A stretch of DNA of 64,000 nucleotides from Octopus bimaculoides (taxonomy: Eukaryota): the NCBI RefSeq assembly GCF_001194135.2, contig NC_068986.1, forward strand, positions 256,542 to 320,541. The letters run 5' to 3'. Below are positions 39,126-53,535 of this stretch, piece after piece. The notes under the pieces were generated by a model. It was given only the letters and a program-made list of their open reading frames with translations, had not been told where the DNA came from and made no database searches. Made by a program: the position numbers and the translations under genes. Each line of letters starts with the position of its first letter. The stretch's first letter is position 1.

Positions 39126-41850
39126 AAGCATGTGTTACTGTTGTTCATTGATTGATTTTTGTTGCTGTTGTTTTCATATCACATTTCGAAAAATTCACAA
39201 ATGGGTTAACAAGTTTGAAACGTTTGATTGTTCAACACGTCTTATGCTTCTGTGGGAAAGATTAACATTTATTTTGTATGTCTTATTGTGTAAGTATTCG
39301 CGAATTTGTGTAATGATATGGTTTCTTTGTCTGGCACGTCCCAAAAAATTTTGAACGTTCACCATAATTATATAAACAAGAATACGAATTTTAAAAACTA
39401 ACAAACTTTACAAAATAGACGTCATGTACGCTACACAGAAAGAAATTAAAGTTTCATAAACGACGAGTGACACTGATGTCGGCAACAATGACAACAAGTC
39501 TTTAGCTAAAAAGAAAGTCTGAATATAATAGGCCAACACTTATAAAAAAAATTATTTCAAGCAACATGCGTAACGATTTTATAAAAAGAGGGACAGAAAG
39601 AAAGCTAACGCACCTCTACCTATCAAAAGGTGAAGATGTTTCCTATGTACCTTCAAAGGATCAAATGAAGGAAAATCTTTCGCATGTGTAAAATAGTGTA
39701 GTTTCCGTCGACCTCGGAGATAATATAGGAGTATAAGCTTAATTTTCACGGCCAAGAACGAAGCCAGATAAGAGACGGTGCTGGTGTGTCACAGAGCGTT
39801 ACTCAAGTGCCCGATGTAACACATGTGACAAGGGAATAATACAAAGTTGCCGGTCAGAGACATTTGCAATGATATTGACTCTTAACTCACAATTTCTACA
39901 TGGAGCGGCTGGTTGTGAGTGCAGAGGTGAGCAAAAATAATGTGAAAGTTTTGATGACAACCTCCCCAAAATCTCATACCTAAACTGGAACTGTACATAG
40001 TGTTACAGAAATACTGCGTTGCTTTTAGTGCTTCTTGCGAAATACAATCTTTTAGGCGACAAAAGAAACGAATGGCAGACGTTTATACGATGTATTTTCG
40101 TTCGCCACACCAAGTTATGTAGTATGATTGCAGGGCAACTTAGTGTATAATACTTAAAAGGGGTTAACTACTTATTCTCATTGTTCCTAGTGGAGGCCCC
40201 TGGACTGGCTTATTAGATCCAAGATTATGTGAGACGCTTTATATTAAGTTAGACAGAACGGAATATTTAGTCTTTTGGGGTTTTTAATTCTGTAAGGAGA
40301 TATTTCGTCCAGTGGAGCATTTCGAAAATGCCAACTTGCTCTGCTTATGGTGTTCCCATTTGCAATGAATGCGAAATTTGTCTTCAGTGTATGGGTTGTA
40401 CCAATTTGTACGTTTACGCATGATTTATAGCTTTCCAACAATGCAGCGTTTTATTGCCATGTCCATTCTTTGCTTTTCTGTTGAAATGTATATTGGGGCA
40501 GCGATGTTCAATATATTTTGTGTCTGAATCTGAAAAGAAAATATACTTTGTGAGTAGAATTTCAAAAGCGCTCGAGTAACAACTGCGTAGACGTTTTAGT
40601 ATCATCTGCACTTGTTACTTCCATTTATTCAAAATCGTCTCAGAGTGACATATTCCACGAGGCGCACAGAACGACGAACATCTTAATTTGAGGTAGTGCA
40701 TAAGCTACACACGTACATGCAAACATAACACAACATAACTTGATGTGACCAAAGGATATAACGCGTTGGATCATTATATAATTACTTCTGGTACAGCCCA
40801 ATCTGCTATTCAATGTTATTGCCATCCAAAAGACTGATTCAATCCAGAGAATACTTCGGGGCCTCCAACAACTACTAAACCTCCAAAACTCTCATTTGAA
40901 GCCTACATTGGAGTTTTTCTCCAACATATGGGACCATGCTGCGGTTATACACACATATATCACACACGGCTTCCAAACAAGACTACTAAAATGCGTATCG
41001 ATTGATATGACTTTGAATACTAGCACATTCTATTTTCTGGCTCAAGTATCTTCTCGTGTCATTTAGAGTGTATGTTTCTCTTTCATAAGTTCCATGACTC
41101 GTAGAAGCGGCGTCGTGACAAATGTTGTGACTTGAGAATTTTGAATCTGGCGGAACTCAGCCTTCTCTAGTCTGAACACATCAGATTTCTTCTAGAAATA
41201 GAGAGAGCGAGACAGACAGACAAAGAAAGACGGAGAAATAAAGAAAGAAAGAAAGAAAGAAAGAACCTTATTAAATGACTGAAAGTATAAAAGGTGAAGT
41301 TGACCTGAGCGGTATTTGAACTCGGGGTGCATAGAGCCAGAATCGTTACTGTAAGGCATTCCATTCGCGATGCAAACGATGCTAACAACTCGCTACCATA
41401 AATTGTCTATTTACGGGTGTTTAAACTGAACAGGAACCGGATCAACCTCAGAGATATTGGAAGAATTACAAATGCTATGATTGCAGTCCATTTGTCGTGG
41501 CTAAAGCTAAACTACTGCACAAATTATATAACTAGAGCGAGTATTTTACATGAAGCATTATTATATTTTCCATTCTGTGTTATATTTCTATTTCTTTACA
41601 ATAATTGAAAAACGATAAGAGCATGGAAACGCACATCAGGGCTATGAATATTATTATGAATATAATTCCATATTATTATCTGAAATACCTGCAAAATTAA
41701 CTCTACCACCATTAGGAAAACCTTCTCTAAGACACGAATAACGGACTAAAATTTGCATTATGAAGCAAAAATGCAAAAACTAAAATTATATACGACGAAA
41801 GTGAAATAATAATTTTGTTAAATCCACTCATTTTTAGTTACAGGCAAGGG

Positions 41851-41895
<45 letters not shown>

Positions 41896-41896
41896 G

Positions 41897-41944
<48 letters not shown>

Positions 41945-41945
41945 A

Positions 41946-42006
<61 letters not shown>

Positions 42007-42015
42007 TAGAGAGAA

Positions 42016-42050
<35 letters not shown>

Positions 42051-44806
42051 AATAGAGAGAGAGAAAGCTTTCGAACTGAAGCCACGTGAACAATGTGCCG
42101 TAGCTGATCGCTGTAAACTTCATAGAAAAGTTTACCGCCATTTTACATCTGAAATAAGGAAACAATACTCACTTCTACGAGTCACTGAGTGAACCACTAT
42201 GCGGTTGTACGACCCGCTGAAAATAGCAAGACTTTTTTTCATATCACGTTCTGTTTGAATAAAAGTCGGGATGGGCACAGGTAAAATGCTTTCAATCAGG
42301 TCTGGATCTCAGTCAATCAACACAACATCGACTCTTCCAATGCAAGACGATTGGAAATTACTTTACTGACACAGTAAACAGTACGTTTGAAGTCTACTCC
42401 GATTGGATTTTTAATCTGACGAATAGGGCCTACTAAGGACCTTAGCCTAAAAGCCATTTCGTCAAAAACTTTACCATTTCTATCAACCGTACTACAAACA
42501 ATATTAAGGAGACATCGAAAGTCTTATTATCGTCGATAGGTCGATAGAGATATAAGACATAACAGAAATTTTTTTCTCAGTCAATGCACTAATAACTTTA
42601 AACACAACAGACGCATTGGATATTGCATTCCTCATCATACTCTCTGAAGACAAGAAATTCTCACGACTGGAACGACTTTCATTATACGTCTGTCTGTTTG
42701 ATCAGGGTTGGTATTGGGGTGAATGACAATAAAAAACAAACAAAATTTAAATTATACAGAACGCAGATAAAAATGTTACATTTGATACTCAAAGAAACGG
42801 ATCGTGAGTCAGAAGTGGGGAAATGGCAAATGTATTGAGCAGAAAACAGATGTTGGAAATTGAATAAACGTAACAAATACGGAAAAGTAGTAAAAGTCTG
42901 ATATTTATTCAGATGGTCACCACTGGGAAATTAACCCTCTACCATAAACAATTCTTTTAATTCGTGAACTATACAAACAGTTCATTCTGGGTTTTAATGT
43001 GCTAATAGTAAAATAAGAAGTGGGAAGCCTTGCTTATCAGAGAAAAGCGATAGCTTGACCTTTCGATGCATTCAGTTGATTCTGGATTCGTGTTGCACAA
43101 CAAAATCAGCTGTTTAACATATCTCCACATTTCAGTAATACTTGAACAATGATCCAGGCCATAGAGTACAAATACGTGGTTCTGCGCGCAGATTAGATAT
43201 ATGAGGTAGACAGTACTATTGCATCTGTAGAGTTTATAATGAACAAAGTTCTCGGGTGGCTCTGATAGTCCAGAGAAATTTGAAAGTAAACTCATAATCT
43301 CTGAGCTGAGAGTCCCCTAGAGAAACAGCGACTCCTTGTGCAATATTGCTCACACCCGAATAATAACCGTTTATATACTAACCCATTGACGGTATTGTTT
43401 AACTGGGAGATGACTGTGAGTGCTCAACAACATTCGAGGTTTCAGCCGCTCTCTCGTGATCTACACTTGATCCAGAATTTCGTCCTTATCAAAGAAACGA
43501 GTGGCAAAATGTGCCTGACAAAAGGCAACCATCCTAGTTCACCGTTTTGATGTCGCGGTCTGGGCGACGCAACATAGCAGAGTAATACTAGTGGCGTTCA
43601 TATTATTGGGGAAAGGACGATAGATTTAATGAGTGAGGTTGATTTAACACTCTGCCTAAACAAAGCATTTTCATAGGCTTTGTCTTAAACGCCCGTGCTT
43701 GTTTCCTGACTTTTAGTTAGCCCTTGTTACATAAGTTATGAAAAGTATAAAGCTTTCCTTTCATAAGTCCCAAATTACTCTCAATGTCAAAAACAAAAAT
43801 CGGGAATATGTATCATATTTGATGCAAGGACGCCAGGAGAATATATATCTTGTTTATCACATATGATGCAAAGGCAAAGGGTTCATTGTGCTATTATCTG
43901 TACCGGGTACCTCTTATTATCTTTCTGCATTTAGTTTTTACCACCACATATTTTCTACCCAGTCAATTCATATTACCAAAGCTTTCACAACTAGAAAGTT
44001 TAAAGAATAACAAATAGAGTAATAGTGATTAAACACAGCAGCATAGAACCTTTAATGTAACATAAACACTGCACCACTTTCCTGAAAGACTGCGCACTTT
44101 TGGGATCATAACAGTTTCCTTTGACGATCTAACGGAGGAGCGGCTTTATGATCATCTTACTTCCTTGGAATAGCAACCAAATCTTCCTCAAATAAAGCTC
44201 CATCGTATTAAAAAAGGTGAACTGATACATATTTGATAATGTAGACTTAGTTACCCCTCATCGCTTAAAGAGACGGAAAGTTATTATTAACAACATCAGC
44301 ATGGCATTCCAATACCGAAGCCCCTATTCGGTTGCTCTACCGACTAGTAATAGTAATACTGGCCTGTTCGCAACTTCTTTTAGCAACATAGCTAAAAAGA
44401 AATGGTGGCTGTCCTGGAAAATGATAGTAAATGGTAGGATTATCATGGTTCGAATGCTTTTGCTAAAGACTAAATATTTATAAAATTCAAGGATAAAAAT
44501 ATAAATACACACACACACTCACCTATTCTCTTCATAAGTTAACTACAGGAAACACGCTGTTTGGAATATTCTTATAGATATACATTCTTATATGACGTAA
44601 AACAAAATAGTGGCCATGTTTATAATTTTATTCACCATCAAGATGACATAAATGTTTAATGATGAAATACGTCATTTTGTCTATGTTCCTCTTTATAAGT
44701 ATGATACTACCAATGAGAAACAGATATCACTGCCACTATGTATGTATGTATGTATGTAAGTATGTATGTATGTATGTACGTATGTATCTATGTATCTATC
44801 TATCTA

Positions 44807-44894
<88 letters not shown>

Positions 44895-45216
44895 CATATG
44901 CATATACAAACACACATACACACACATGCATATGAACTTAGATAAAGAGAGAATTTATACTTAGTGAGATTTTATTTTAAATTCACATGTTTCTACTTAT
45001 TTTAAATTAAACTAAATATTTTCCTTCACGTCGTCTATGAAAGTATATTGTCAAGTTGTCAAGTATATTTCCAACAACTTCTTTTCTGCGGACTGTTGAT
45101 AAAGAGGATAGATGTGCGAATATGTTTTTTCTCTCAAGAACATAACTATAACATAACTATATTTGTCTTTATTTTATATGTAAGTTTTGACTGATTAACA
45201 GTTCATACTATAGAAT

Positions 45217-45400
45217 GGAGGTGCGTGGTTTACCAGTTATTATGTTGGGTTCGTGATCGTAAGATTGTGGCTTGAATTGCTGGACCGGGTGATGGGTTGT
45301 ATTCTTGAACAACACTTAGCTTCGCGCTGTTCCTGTTCACTCAGCTGACCAAAATGAGTGGTCCTTCGACGGACCGAAGTCCCGTCCAGGCGCTCGAATA
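45217..45400 (+). mobile_element. tRNA-derived SINE family C, degenerate
   Basis: The head ggaggtgcgtgg... is related to the better-preserved - strand head at 50740-50848 (ggaggcgcaatggcccggtggttagg...ggtttcgattccc). Confidence 0.55.
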
Positions 45401-45494
45401 TACACCATAGAAATCAGCCCCTTGAGTCTATATGACTGGGGAAGGTGCTTTATCCAATGTTCTTTCGTTCGATAGAATTTATATATTTAATGTA

Positions 45495-46248
45495 CAACGG
45501 CGGGATGAAATGTTCATAGGTTGGCTATGAAGGAGTGATGCTAGAACTGTGAAATCTTACATGCATTAATTTCAACTCGTCTTATAACTACATTATTTCT
45601 TTCCAGGTAAGCTGACATCTAGCTGTTCAAAGAAGACCATAAATATAACGAGTTGCGACTTCTCTTGCAAATGGACAAAATTTGGCATCATGGTGCTATC
45701 AAGAACTTGCAGGAAAAGATTTTAGCCCCAACAACATTTATGCTAACACGGTTGCTACAATACCTGACGCTCCAGGTTTTATCAGCATTGTAAAAAAAAA
45801 GTGTATAATTGAATTTACGAGGACAAGGGAGAGTCTTAAAGATGACTTAAAGATGACGAAAGGCTATCGAGACCAAACGCCCAAGAAAACTGAGTGAAGG
45901 GTCTTTTTTCAACAGGACAATGCTCTACTGCACACAAGTTCTTGGGTTCAATGGCTGTTGTGCGTGATTGTGACTTTGAACTGGTTGATCACCGTCCGTT
46001 TTCTGATTTCGTCCCATCTGACTATCAAGTCTTTCTAAATATGAAAAAAAAAACCTACTTCGTTGATAACCAGTATCACCGTTATGATGACGTCATATCT
46101 GCTGTTCATGACTTTTTTGACCAATAAGATGAAAGCTTCTTCCCCAGGAAGATCCAAGCAGCACTACAACACTGACAGAGAATTGTGTGGGCCAGAAGGG
46201 TTCATGACAGTATCTTGATCAGCCTATGAACTTTTCAACCGACCCTCG
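45495..46248 (+). mobile_element. Mariner element with internal deletion, both TIRs
   Basis: It has TA-flanked degenerate TIRs (caacggcgggatgaaatgttcatagg / cctatgaacttttcaaccgaccctcg). The decayed N-terminus MDKIWHHGAIK is joined to FQQDNA...ELVDHRPFSDFVPSDYQVF. Confidence 0.85.
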
Positions 46249-47413
46249 TAGTCATTGAGAATGTTGCTGTTTTCCGTTTTCGATTTCAGAAGCTTTAAAA
46301 GCACTCCGGAGCTACCCAGTGCTACTCATTGATGGAAATGACAACCGGTGTTGGTGTGTTTATGTCCCATTATCCAAGCGGTTCGGCTAAAGAGACCGAT
46401 AGAATAATTACTAGACCTAAAAACTAATTCCTGAGAGCGATTTGTTCGACTAAAACCATTCTAGGCAGTGCTCCAGCATGGCCGTAGTCAAATGACTGGA
46501 ATAGTAAACGAGTAATACGTGTGTGTTTTCGTGAAGATGTGTGTTTGAATGTGCACCGTTATATGTAAGTTATTGTACTTTATTTATTCATTGTTTGAAG
46601 AGATAAATTTACAGTTCAGATAAGTCAGAAATTCGATAATATGTATGCATTAATTAATCTGTTGTTATTTTCTTAAACTGTTCTTAATTTGGCATGGACT
46701 GAAAAGATTTACCGGTCAATTTGCTTAAGACTTCAATAACAATGTAATTATCTGCTCAAAAGCTTGTTTATTGATTGTGCTTAAATCTCAAGGTGAATGA
46801 CGTACATTATTAATCAGCCTGATTAAGAAGAAATTTCCATGGATATTCGGATAAATAATATTGGCATAATTTCCCCTTCGTTACAGCGTTAAAATCTACG
46901 CAATGATCTAGTTTCCAAAAGAGGTTTTCAGAGACTTCATTTCAAATTTCACATTTAGCATTCTGTTTATTTCTGTATTCCTTTGTTTCGGGTTGAGGTA
47001 CTGACTTGAACGGATTCTTTCATCGATCAAATTGTCACTAGAACTTATTCTAGGTATTGTACGTATTATATCGTAGCCTTTCTGTCAAACTCGAAAGTTA
47101 TGTAAAGTTCATAAGGGTTATATATATTGTTAAACGCTTTCGGTATGCAAATTAAGGACTCCCTCATAGAGTAACTGCTGCATTTGTTGAGTATATAAAT
47201 AGTTTGGCTAATTTTTTTGTCTAAAGACTGTCAGAATGATGTAGACACTTCTGATGTGAACCCAATAAGGTTCGAAAGTCGATTAAGGTTGTTCATAATT
47301 TTTTTCAGTCTGCGGAGAAATGGATAAAATTTGCCCTATTTATAATTATACCATATGTCACTATCTTACAAACACTCACATTTATACACACACACATACA
47401 TACATACACTTAC

Positions 47414-47445
<32 letters not shown>

Positions 47446-47997
47446 GTACGAGTGTGCGTGTGTACTCGACGATCTTTACCACAGTTTTAGTGCACCGAAT
47501 TCTATTTGCAATATTTCAAAGAATCCGAAACTAGAACAGAAATTGTTGCTGAAGGAGCTACACGGAGAAATCGAACTTGGAAGAAAATGTTGGAGAAGTG
47601 ATATTCTTAACCGCATAATCATGTTATGAACATATTTAGTTTATATATAGCTATAAAGTTGATTTTACATTTCCGAGTACTTGCTCAAAGGTGAATTTTG
47701 TAAGAGTGTATACTGTATTAGAATACAGTAATACAGACTACATTGCTTCGAGCATTACTGTAACTTACAAGCTGTATGTCTTTATATGTGTTCCTTTTAA
47801 TTTTTATGCTTAATGTTGATAACTGATTCTAATTTAGCCGTATAACTGTCTACAACGCTGCAAATGATAATATATTATCGTAACTTAGTTAATACAGCGC
47901 CATAATCTAATGATAGAGAACTTGCTCAAAATATATATTTAGAAGTAACATTACATTTTACATTACTGAAAAGAATCGAAAACCAAAACTACAACAC

Positions 47998-48046
<49 letters not shown>

Positions 48047-48555
48047 NNNNNNNNNNNNNNNNNNNNNNNNNNNNNNNNNNNNNNNNNNNNNNNNNNNNNN
48101 NNNNNNNNNNNNNNNNNNNNNNNNNNNNNNNNNNNNNNNNNNNNNNNNNNNNNNNNNNNNNNNNNNNNNNNNNNNNNNNNNNNNNNNNNNNNNNNNNNNN
48201 NNNNNNNNNNNNNNNNNNNNNNNNNNNNNNNNNNNNNNNNNNNNNNNNNNNNNNNNNNNNNNNNNNNNNNNNNNNNNNNNNNNNNNNNNNNNNNNNNNNN
48301 NNNNNNNNNNNNNNNNNNNNNNNNNNNNNNNNNNNNNNNNNNNNNNNNNNNNNNNNNNNNNNNNNNNNNNNNNNNNNNNNNNNNNNNNNNNNNNNNNNNN
48401 NNNNNNNNNNNNNNNNNNNNNNNNNNNNNNNNNNNNNNNNNNNNNNNNNNNNNNNNNNNNNNNNNNNNNNNNNNNNNNNNNNNNNNNNNNNNNNNNNNNN
48501 NNNNNNNNNNNNNNNNNNNNNNNNNNNNNNNNNNNNNNNNNNNNNNNNNNNNNNT

Positions 48556-49517
48556 CCCATCCCGCCTCCTTCAGCTTCTCTGACATCTTTTTTGCATATT
48601 GTGCTGGTGTGTTTTCTTGGTGGTAAATTATCTTCAAATTGCAGCGTTTTTCGGCCAGCGCGATCTTCCAACGGTCGATTTGTTCGCAGTAGACATCCTT
48701 GTCAACGGTGGAATTGCGTGGGAAAAGATCCAACATAATCACACCACGGAAATCCCACCAAACTAAGATCATAACCTTCTTTTGCACAAGCGGTTCTTTT
48801 GGCGAAGGTTTTGGCTGTTGACCTTTGCTACACCAGAATCGTCTGCGCCTCACGTTGGAGTACAATACCCACTTTTCATCCATAGTGATTGTTGACTCCA
48901 ACCAATCGAATTTTCGGCTTCGCCAGAGCAGATTTTGACATGCAGTGACACGTGCTTGTTTATTCGTTTCAGTCAATTCATGTGGCACCCATTTTCCAAG
49001 CTTGCTGACCTTGCAGAGACGATGTAGGTGGTTGATGATCGCAATTTGACGTGCAGTTTGCATTGGATCGCTTTCAACGACTTGCAACAACGCACCATGA
49101 TCGATCTCTTCTGAGCGCCCGCCTCGAGGTTGAACTTCCATTGAATAATTGTCAGATTCAAAGCTCTGATACCAATTACCGAAGTACTTTTCGAGACAGT
49201 GCAAGGGCCAAACGCTTCGCAGATTAATTCATCTGCGTCATGCACAGATGTGCCATGTTTGAAACTGATACAGTATGACGCCACGCAGAGCCAGCTTTCG
49301 TAGTGCAATATTTTGAGCGATTTTGCGCAAAAAGTGATGAATTTCGCAAATACAACAACAAACAGTGAAAGCTAAAAAGCTAATGAGCAAATAGATTGAT
49401 TGTCAGTCTTTATATAGTCACAATAGACACGCTGGCTGCTCCTGATTGGTCGGCGATGCTGATTAGTTGCGGGATTGAAGCCGGCATGATTGTCCAAGAA
49501 CTTTCATACCAATGTAA
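48556..49517 (-). mobile_element. Mariner (DD34D-type) transposase pseudogene, 3' part hidden in gap
   Basis: It reads ICEAFGPCTVSKST (frameshift) WYQSF...KLGKWVPHELT...TITMDEKWVLY...KKVMILVWWDFRGVI. The 5' TIR-like tattacattggtatgaaagttcttggac ends at 49517-49519. Confidence 0.92.
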
Positions 49518-49667
49518 TAAAAACAATTTTACATTGATTTGATGGGTTACTCTATAATTTTGTAGAGGACAAATTTATTACTCCTATGCAAGAATGTTGT
49601 TCGCAGTGACTTTGAAGTTTCAGCGAGTTAAACTGTTGAGAGGACGATGGCTTAACTGGAAGTCACA

Positions 49668-49732
<65 letters not shown>

Positions 49733-49740
49733 CTGTATAA

Positions 49741-50060
49741 AATTATAATGAGGGCAACTACTGAGTGGCGTCACAGGGTAGAAGTAGACGCAAATGGCTC
49801 TAAAACTACCTATTTTATCACGTTGTGTTCGTATGGTATGTATTAATTATGTACTTTGAGTTATGTCATACTGAAGAAGGTAAAGGGTATTGCATTCCTA
49901 AACTTGAAATCGATCTATGGCTAAACCTTTTTAAAAAATTCTTTTTGTTCATTTCTCTCGCTTTCAGCCTGTATCAATGTGATAAATATGATAGTTCTAA
50001 AGCTATTTAGCGTCTACTTCTAGCATGTGGCGCTACTGAGTAGTTTCCGTTATTATAATT
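49741..50060. mobile_element. MITE-like element with ~75-bp imperfect inverted arms
   Basis: aattataatgagggcaactactgagtggcg...agaagtagacgc is mirrored by gcgtctacttctag...cgctactgagtagtttccgttattataatt. Confidence 0.75.
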
Positions 50061-50255
50061 ATATTTATAAAATTAAATACTTTGTATTAATTTTTACGTA
50101 AATGCTTTGTTACATACCAACCACTTGATAAAATCCTATATAGATGTTATCCTTGATTACAATGATACATATATATATATGTGTGTGTGTGTGTATGTAA
50201 GATATATTACACACACACATACACACACACATACATACATACATATACATACATA

Positions 50256-50409
50256 GGAGTGGATGTGTGGCAAGACGCTTGCCTCCCAACTACATGGTCC
50301 CGGGTTCAGTCCCACTACGTGGCACATTGGGCAACTGTTTTCTACTATAGCTTTGGGCCGACCTAAGCCTTATGAGTGGATCTGATAGACCGAAACTGAA
50401 AGAATCCCG

Positions 50410-50444
<35 letters not shown>

Positions 50445-50846
50445 NNNNNNNNNNNNNNNNNNNNNNNNNNNNNNNNNNNNNNNNNNNNNNNNNNNNNNNN
50501 NNNNNNNNNNNNNNNNNNNNNNNNNNNNNNNNNNNNNNNNNNNNNNNNNNNNNNNNNNNNNNNNNNNNNNNNNNNNNNNNNNNNNNNNNNNNNNNNNNNN
50601 NNNNNNNNNNNNNNNNNNNNNNNNNNNNNNNNNNNNNNNNNNNNNNNNNNNNNNNNNNNNNNNNNNNNNNNNNNNNNNNNNNNNNNNNNNNNNNNNNNNN
50701 NNNNNNNNNNNNNNNNNNNNNNNNNNNNNNNNNNNNNNNGAGAACCTTTTCGCTCAATAAACACTTATAACGCCCGGTGTGGGAATCGAAACCGCGATCC
50801 TGCGACCGCGAGTCCTCTACCCTAACCACCGGGCCATTGCGCCTCC

Positions 50847-50848
<2 letters not shown>
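50256..50848. mobile_element. Family B SINE head (+, 50256-50411) and family C SINE head (-, 50740-50848) on either side of a gap
   Basis: Both show A/B-box-like tRNA heads. Confidence 0.8.
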
Positions 50849-50890
<42 letters not shown>

Positions 50891-52567
50891 TATGTATGTA
50901 TATATGTATGCGTGCGTGTGTGTCTGTATTCCTTCTTACGGAGACCCAAACGTAAGTATACCATTATTTCATTGATAATCGGTGTCTTTCAATAATTCCT
51001 GCATTTGTCATGTCTCATCGTCAAACATTTGAGAAACACGTCAAAAGAATTTCTTGTAATTAACCTCATATTTTGTATTTTGCATTCAGATGGAAATAAA
51101 AAGAAAGACGTTAGGAGTCTGCTGATATCATTATCTTTCCTTAGTATTGTATAGAATAACCTACCAGTGGTAAAGATAGTGTAAATATTTCGATGCAAAT
51201 TTGTTTATACCAATAGAATCATATTACGACGAGATGATGATAACGTATTTCTTACAGGCTTCATTATCATCAATTACTCCATTATAAAGTGTGAAATATT
51301 TCGTTCATAACCTATCACCAGTAAGGTGATAGAGATAGCTTCATTTACCTTCTTATTTATTTCTTTTTGCATGTTTTGTCGATTTACTTTTTCACATCAA
51401 AATATCAGAATATAATTATTTTATGTGTCGTGAAACTAAATACATAATTATCTGGTAAATGTTTCTTTTACTCTTATTTTTTTTTCATTAAAACAATGCG
51501 ACCAAATAATTTATCGTTGACTATAACTATTACTTCGTCTGACTTTAAATTTCTACAATTAGATTTATCCGTATTTATAGTTTCATATCAATTCCTATTT
51601 GTCCAAATATTGTTATTAATTCGTTTTCTAATGCCGATTGTATAATAACGTTGCCGATATAATTTCATTTTCTGGAATATAAATGATTTCGATAGAAATT
51701 AATAGTATTATCATTGATGTTTTATCTGGATGAGTAAATCATATACGATAGAGAGAGAAACGATTTCGATTCTTTTTGCTATGTAGCTGGCTCGTTTACA
51801 ATTCTGAATTATGTTTTTCTGCGGTCAAATTTATCTTTCACCCTGGTTGGTATCGATAGAACGATTTCCAATGATTTACATTTGCATATAACGTATACCA
51901 TTGATCGATAACTTTCTGCTCGTAGTATAAACATATTGTTTTGAAAGTCACTCATCTTTTTTTTATTGAATATATCAAAGATACAGTGAATATTCCATAC
52001 ATTTTAGATAGACATAAATTTTACAACAATAAAATAGAACGAAAAGAATGGTAATGATAAATCAAAAGGTGGAATGACGTCTACTCGAACCCCGCACTCC
52101 AGTTAACGTCATTGAACGTTTTTAGAAAAAAAAGATTGACACGTGTTATTTTAATTTTGTCTCTTTCTCCTTGTTGTGTGTTGCTTGTTTTATATACTTT
52201 GTGGACGATTGAAATGCGTGAAGTGGGAGTTGGCCAGTGTCAATACAAAATTTTATATTCATTTCCTTTTTCCATTACCGGATGATAAACAACACATATT
52301 TACGTTTCCATTGCTGGATGATAATTATCGCAGAAGCTGCAAGGTAAGACATAAAATTCTTTGTCTCTCTGTAATAATTATTGTGGCATTTACTGTTAAA
52401 TTAGCAGTTCCATACATGTGCTATTTCGTTCATTTGCTTATATTTCATAAATTTACACAGCATACAAAAATACCGACATAATATATATTTACAATTGCTT
52501 ACAAAAATAGAGATTAATGTATATTTTTTCTATGTTCATAATTTTTTGTTTACAATATTGAAAAAAT

Positions 52568-52893
52568 ATGCCACCAAAGAAAAGATGTAATCCGTCCAGA
52601 AACACGTATAAAGCGAGGACGATTACAGAAAACAAAGGCGAGTGTCTCGACAGAGAAAGGAGACGAGACCTTCTCAAGGTCAGCAGATGCATGCCGCTGC
52701 ACGTCAGTCTCAGGAGAGAAGGGAGATGAAATTTTCCCAATATCAGCTAAGGCATGCTGTAATACTTAATGCTGAATCATTAGAACAACGTTTAACGCCA
52801 GATTAGACGGAGGTCCAATACAATAGCTCTCAGAAATAGATCACATGCAAACTCGCTCTTCGCAACACAAGGAGCTGCTTTCAGATATGATCC
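52568..52893 (+). mobile_element. Helitron Rep-Helicase N-terminal remnant
   Basis: It reads MPPKKRCNPSRNTYKAR...ERRR..., then NAESLEQR, then GAAFRYDP at the gap edge. These words match my recollection of invertebrate Helitron N-termini. Confidence 0.6.
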
Positions 52894-53468
52894 NNNNNNN
52901 NNNNNNNNNNNNNNNNNNNNNNNNNNNNNNNNNNNNNNNNNNNNNNNNNNNNNNNNNNNNNNNNNNNNNNNNNNNNNNNNNNNNNNNNNNNNNNNNNNNN
53001 NNNNNNNNNNNNNNNNNNNNNNNNNNNNNNNNNNNNNNNNNNNNNNNNNNNNNNNNNNNNNNNNNNNNNNNNNNNNNNNNNNNNNNNNNNNNNNNNNNNN
53101 NNNNNNNNNNNNNNNNNNNNNNNNNNNNNNNNNNNNNNNNNNNNNNNNNNNNNNNNNNNNNNNNNNNNNNNNNNNNNNNNNNNNNNNNNNNNNNNNNNNN
53201 NNNNNNNNNNNNNNNNNNNNNNNNNNNNNNNNNNNNNNNNNNNNNNNNNNNNNNNNNNNNNNNNNNNNNNNNNNNNNNNNNNNNNNNNNNNNNNNNNNNN
53301 NNNNNNNNNNNNNNNNNNNNNNNNNNNNNNNNNNNNNNNNNNNNNNNNNNNNNNNNNNNNNNNNNNNNNNNNNNNNNNNNNNNNNNNNNNNNNNNNNNNN
53401 NNNNNNNNNNNNNNNNNNNNNNNNNNNNNNNNNNNNNNNNNNNNNNNNNNNNNNNNNNNNNNNNNNNN

Positions 53469-53535
<67 letters not shown>

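Noticed and set aside
43002-43295. 97-aa - strand ORF
   Set aside because: It has no recognisable motif or splice context, and the length is compatible with chance.
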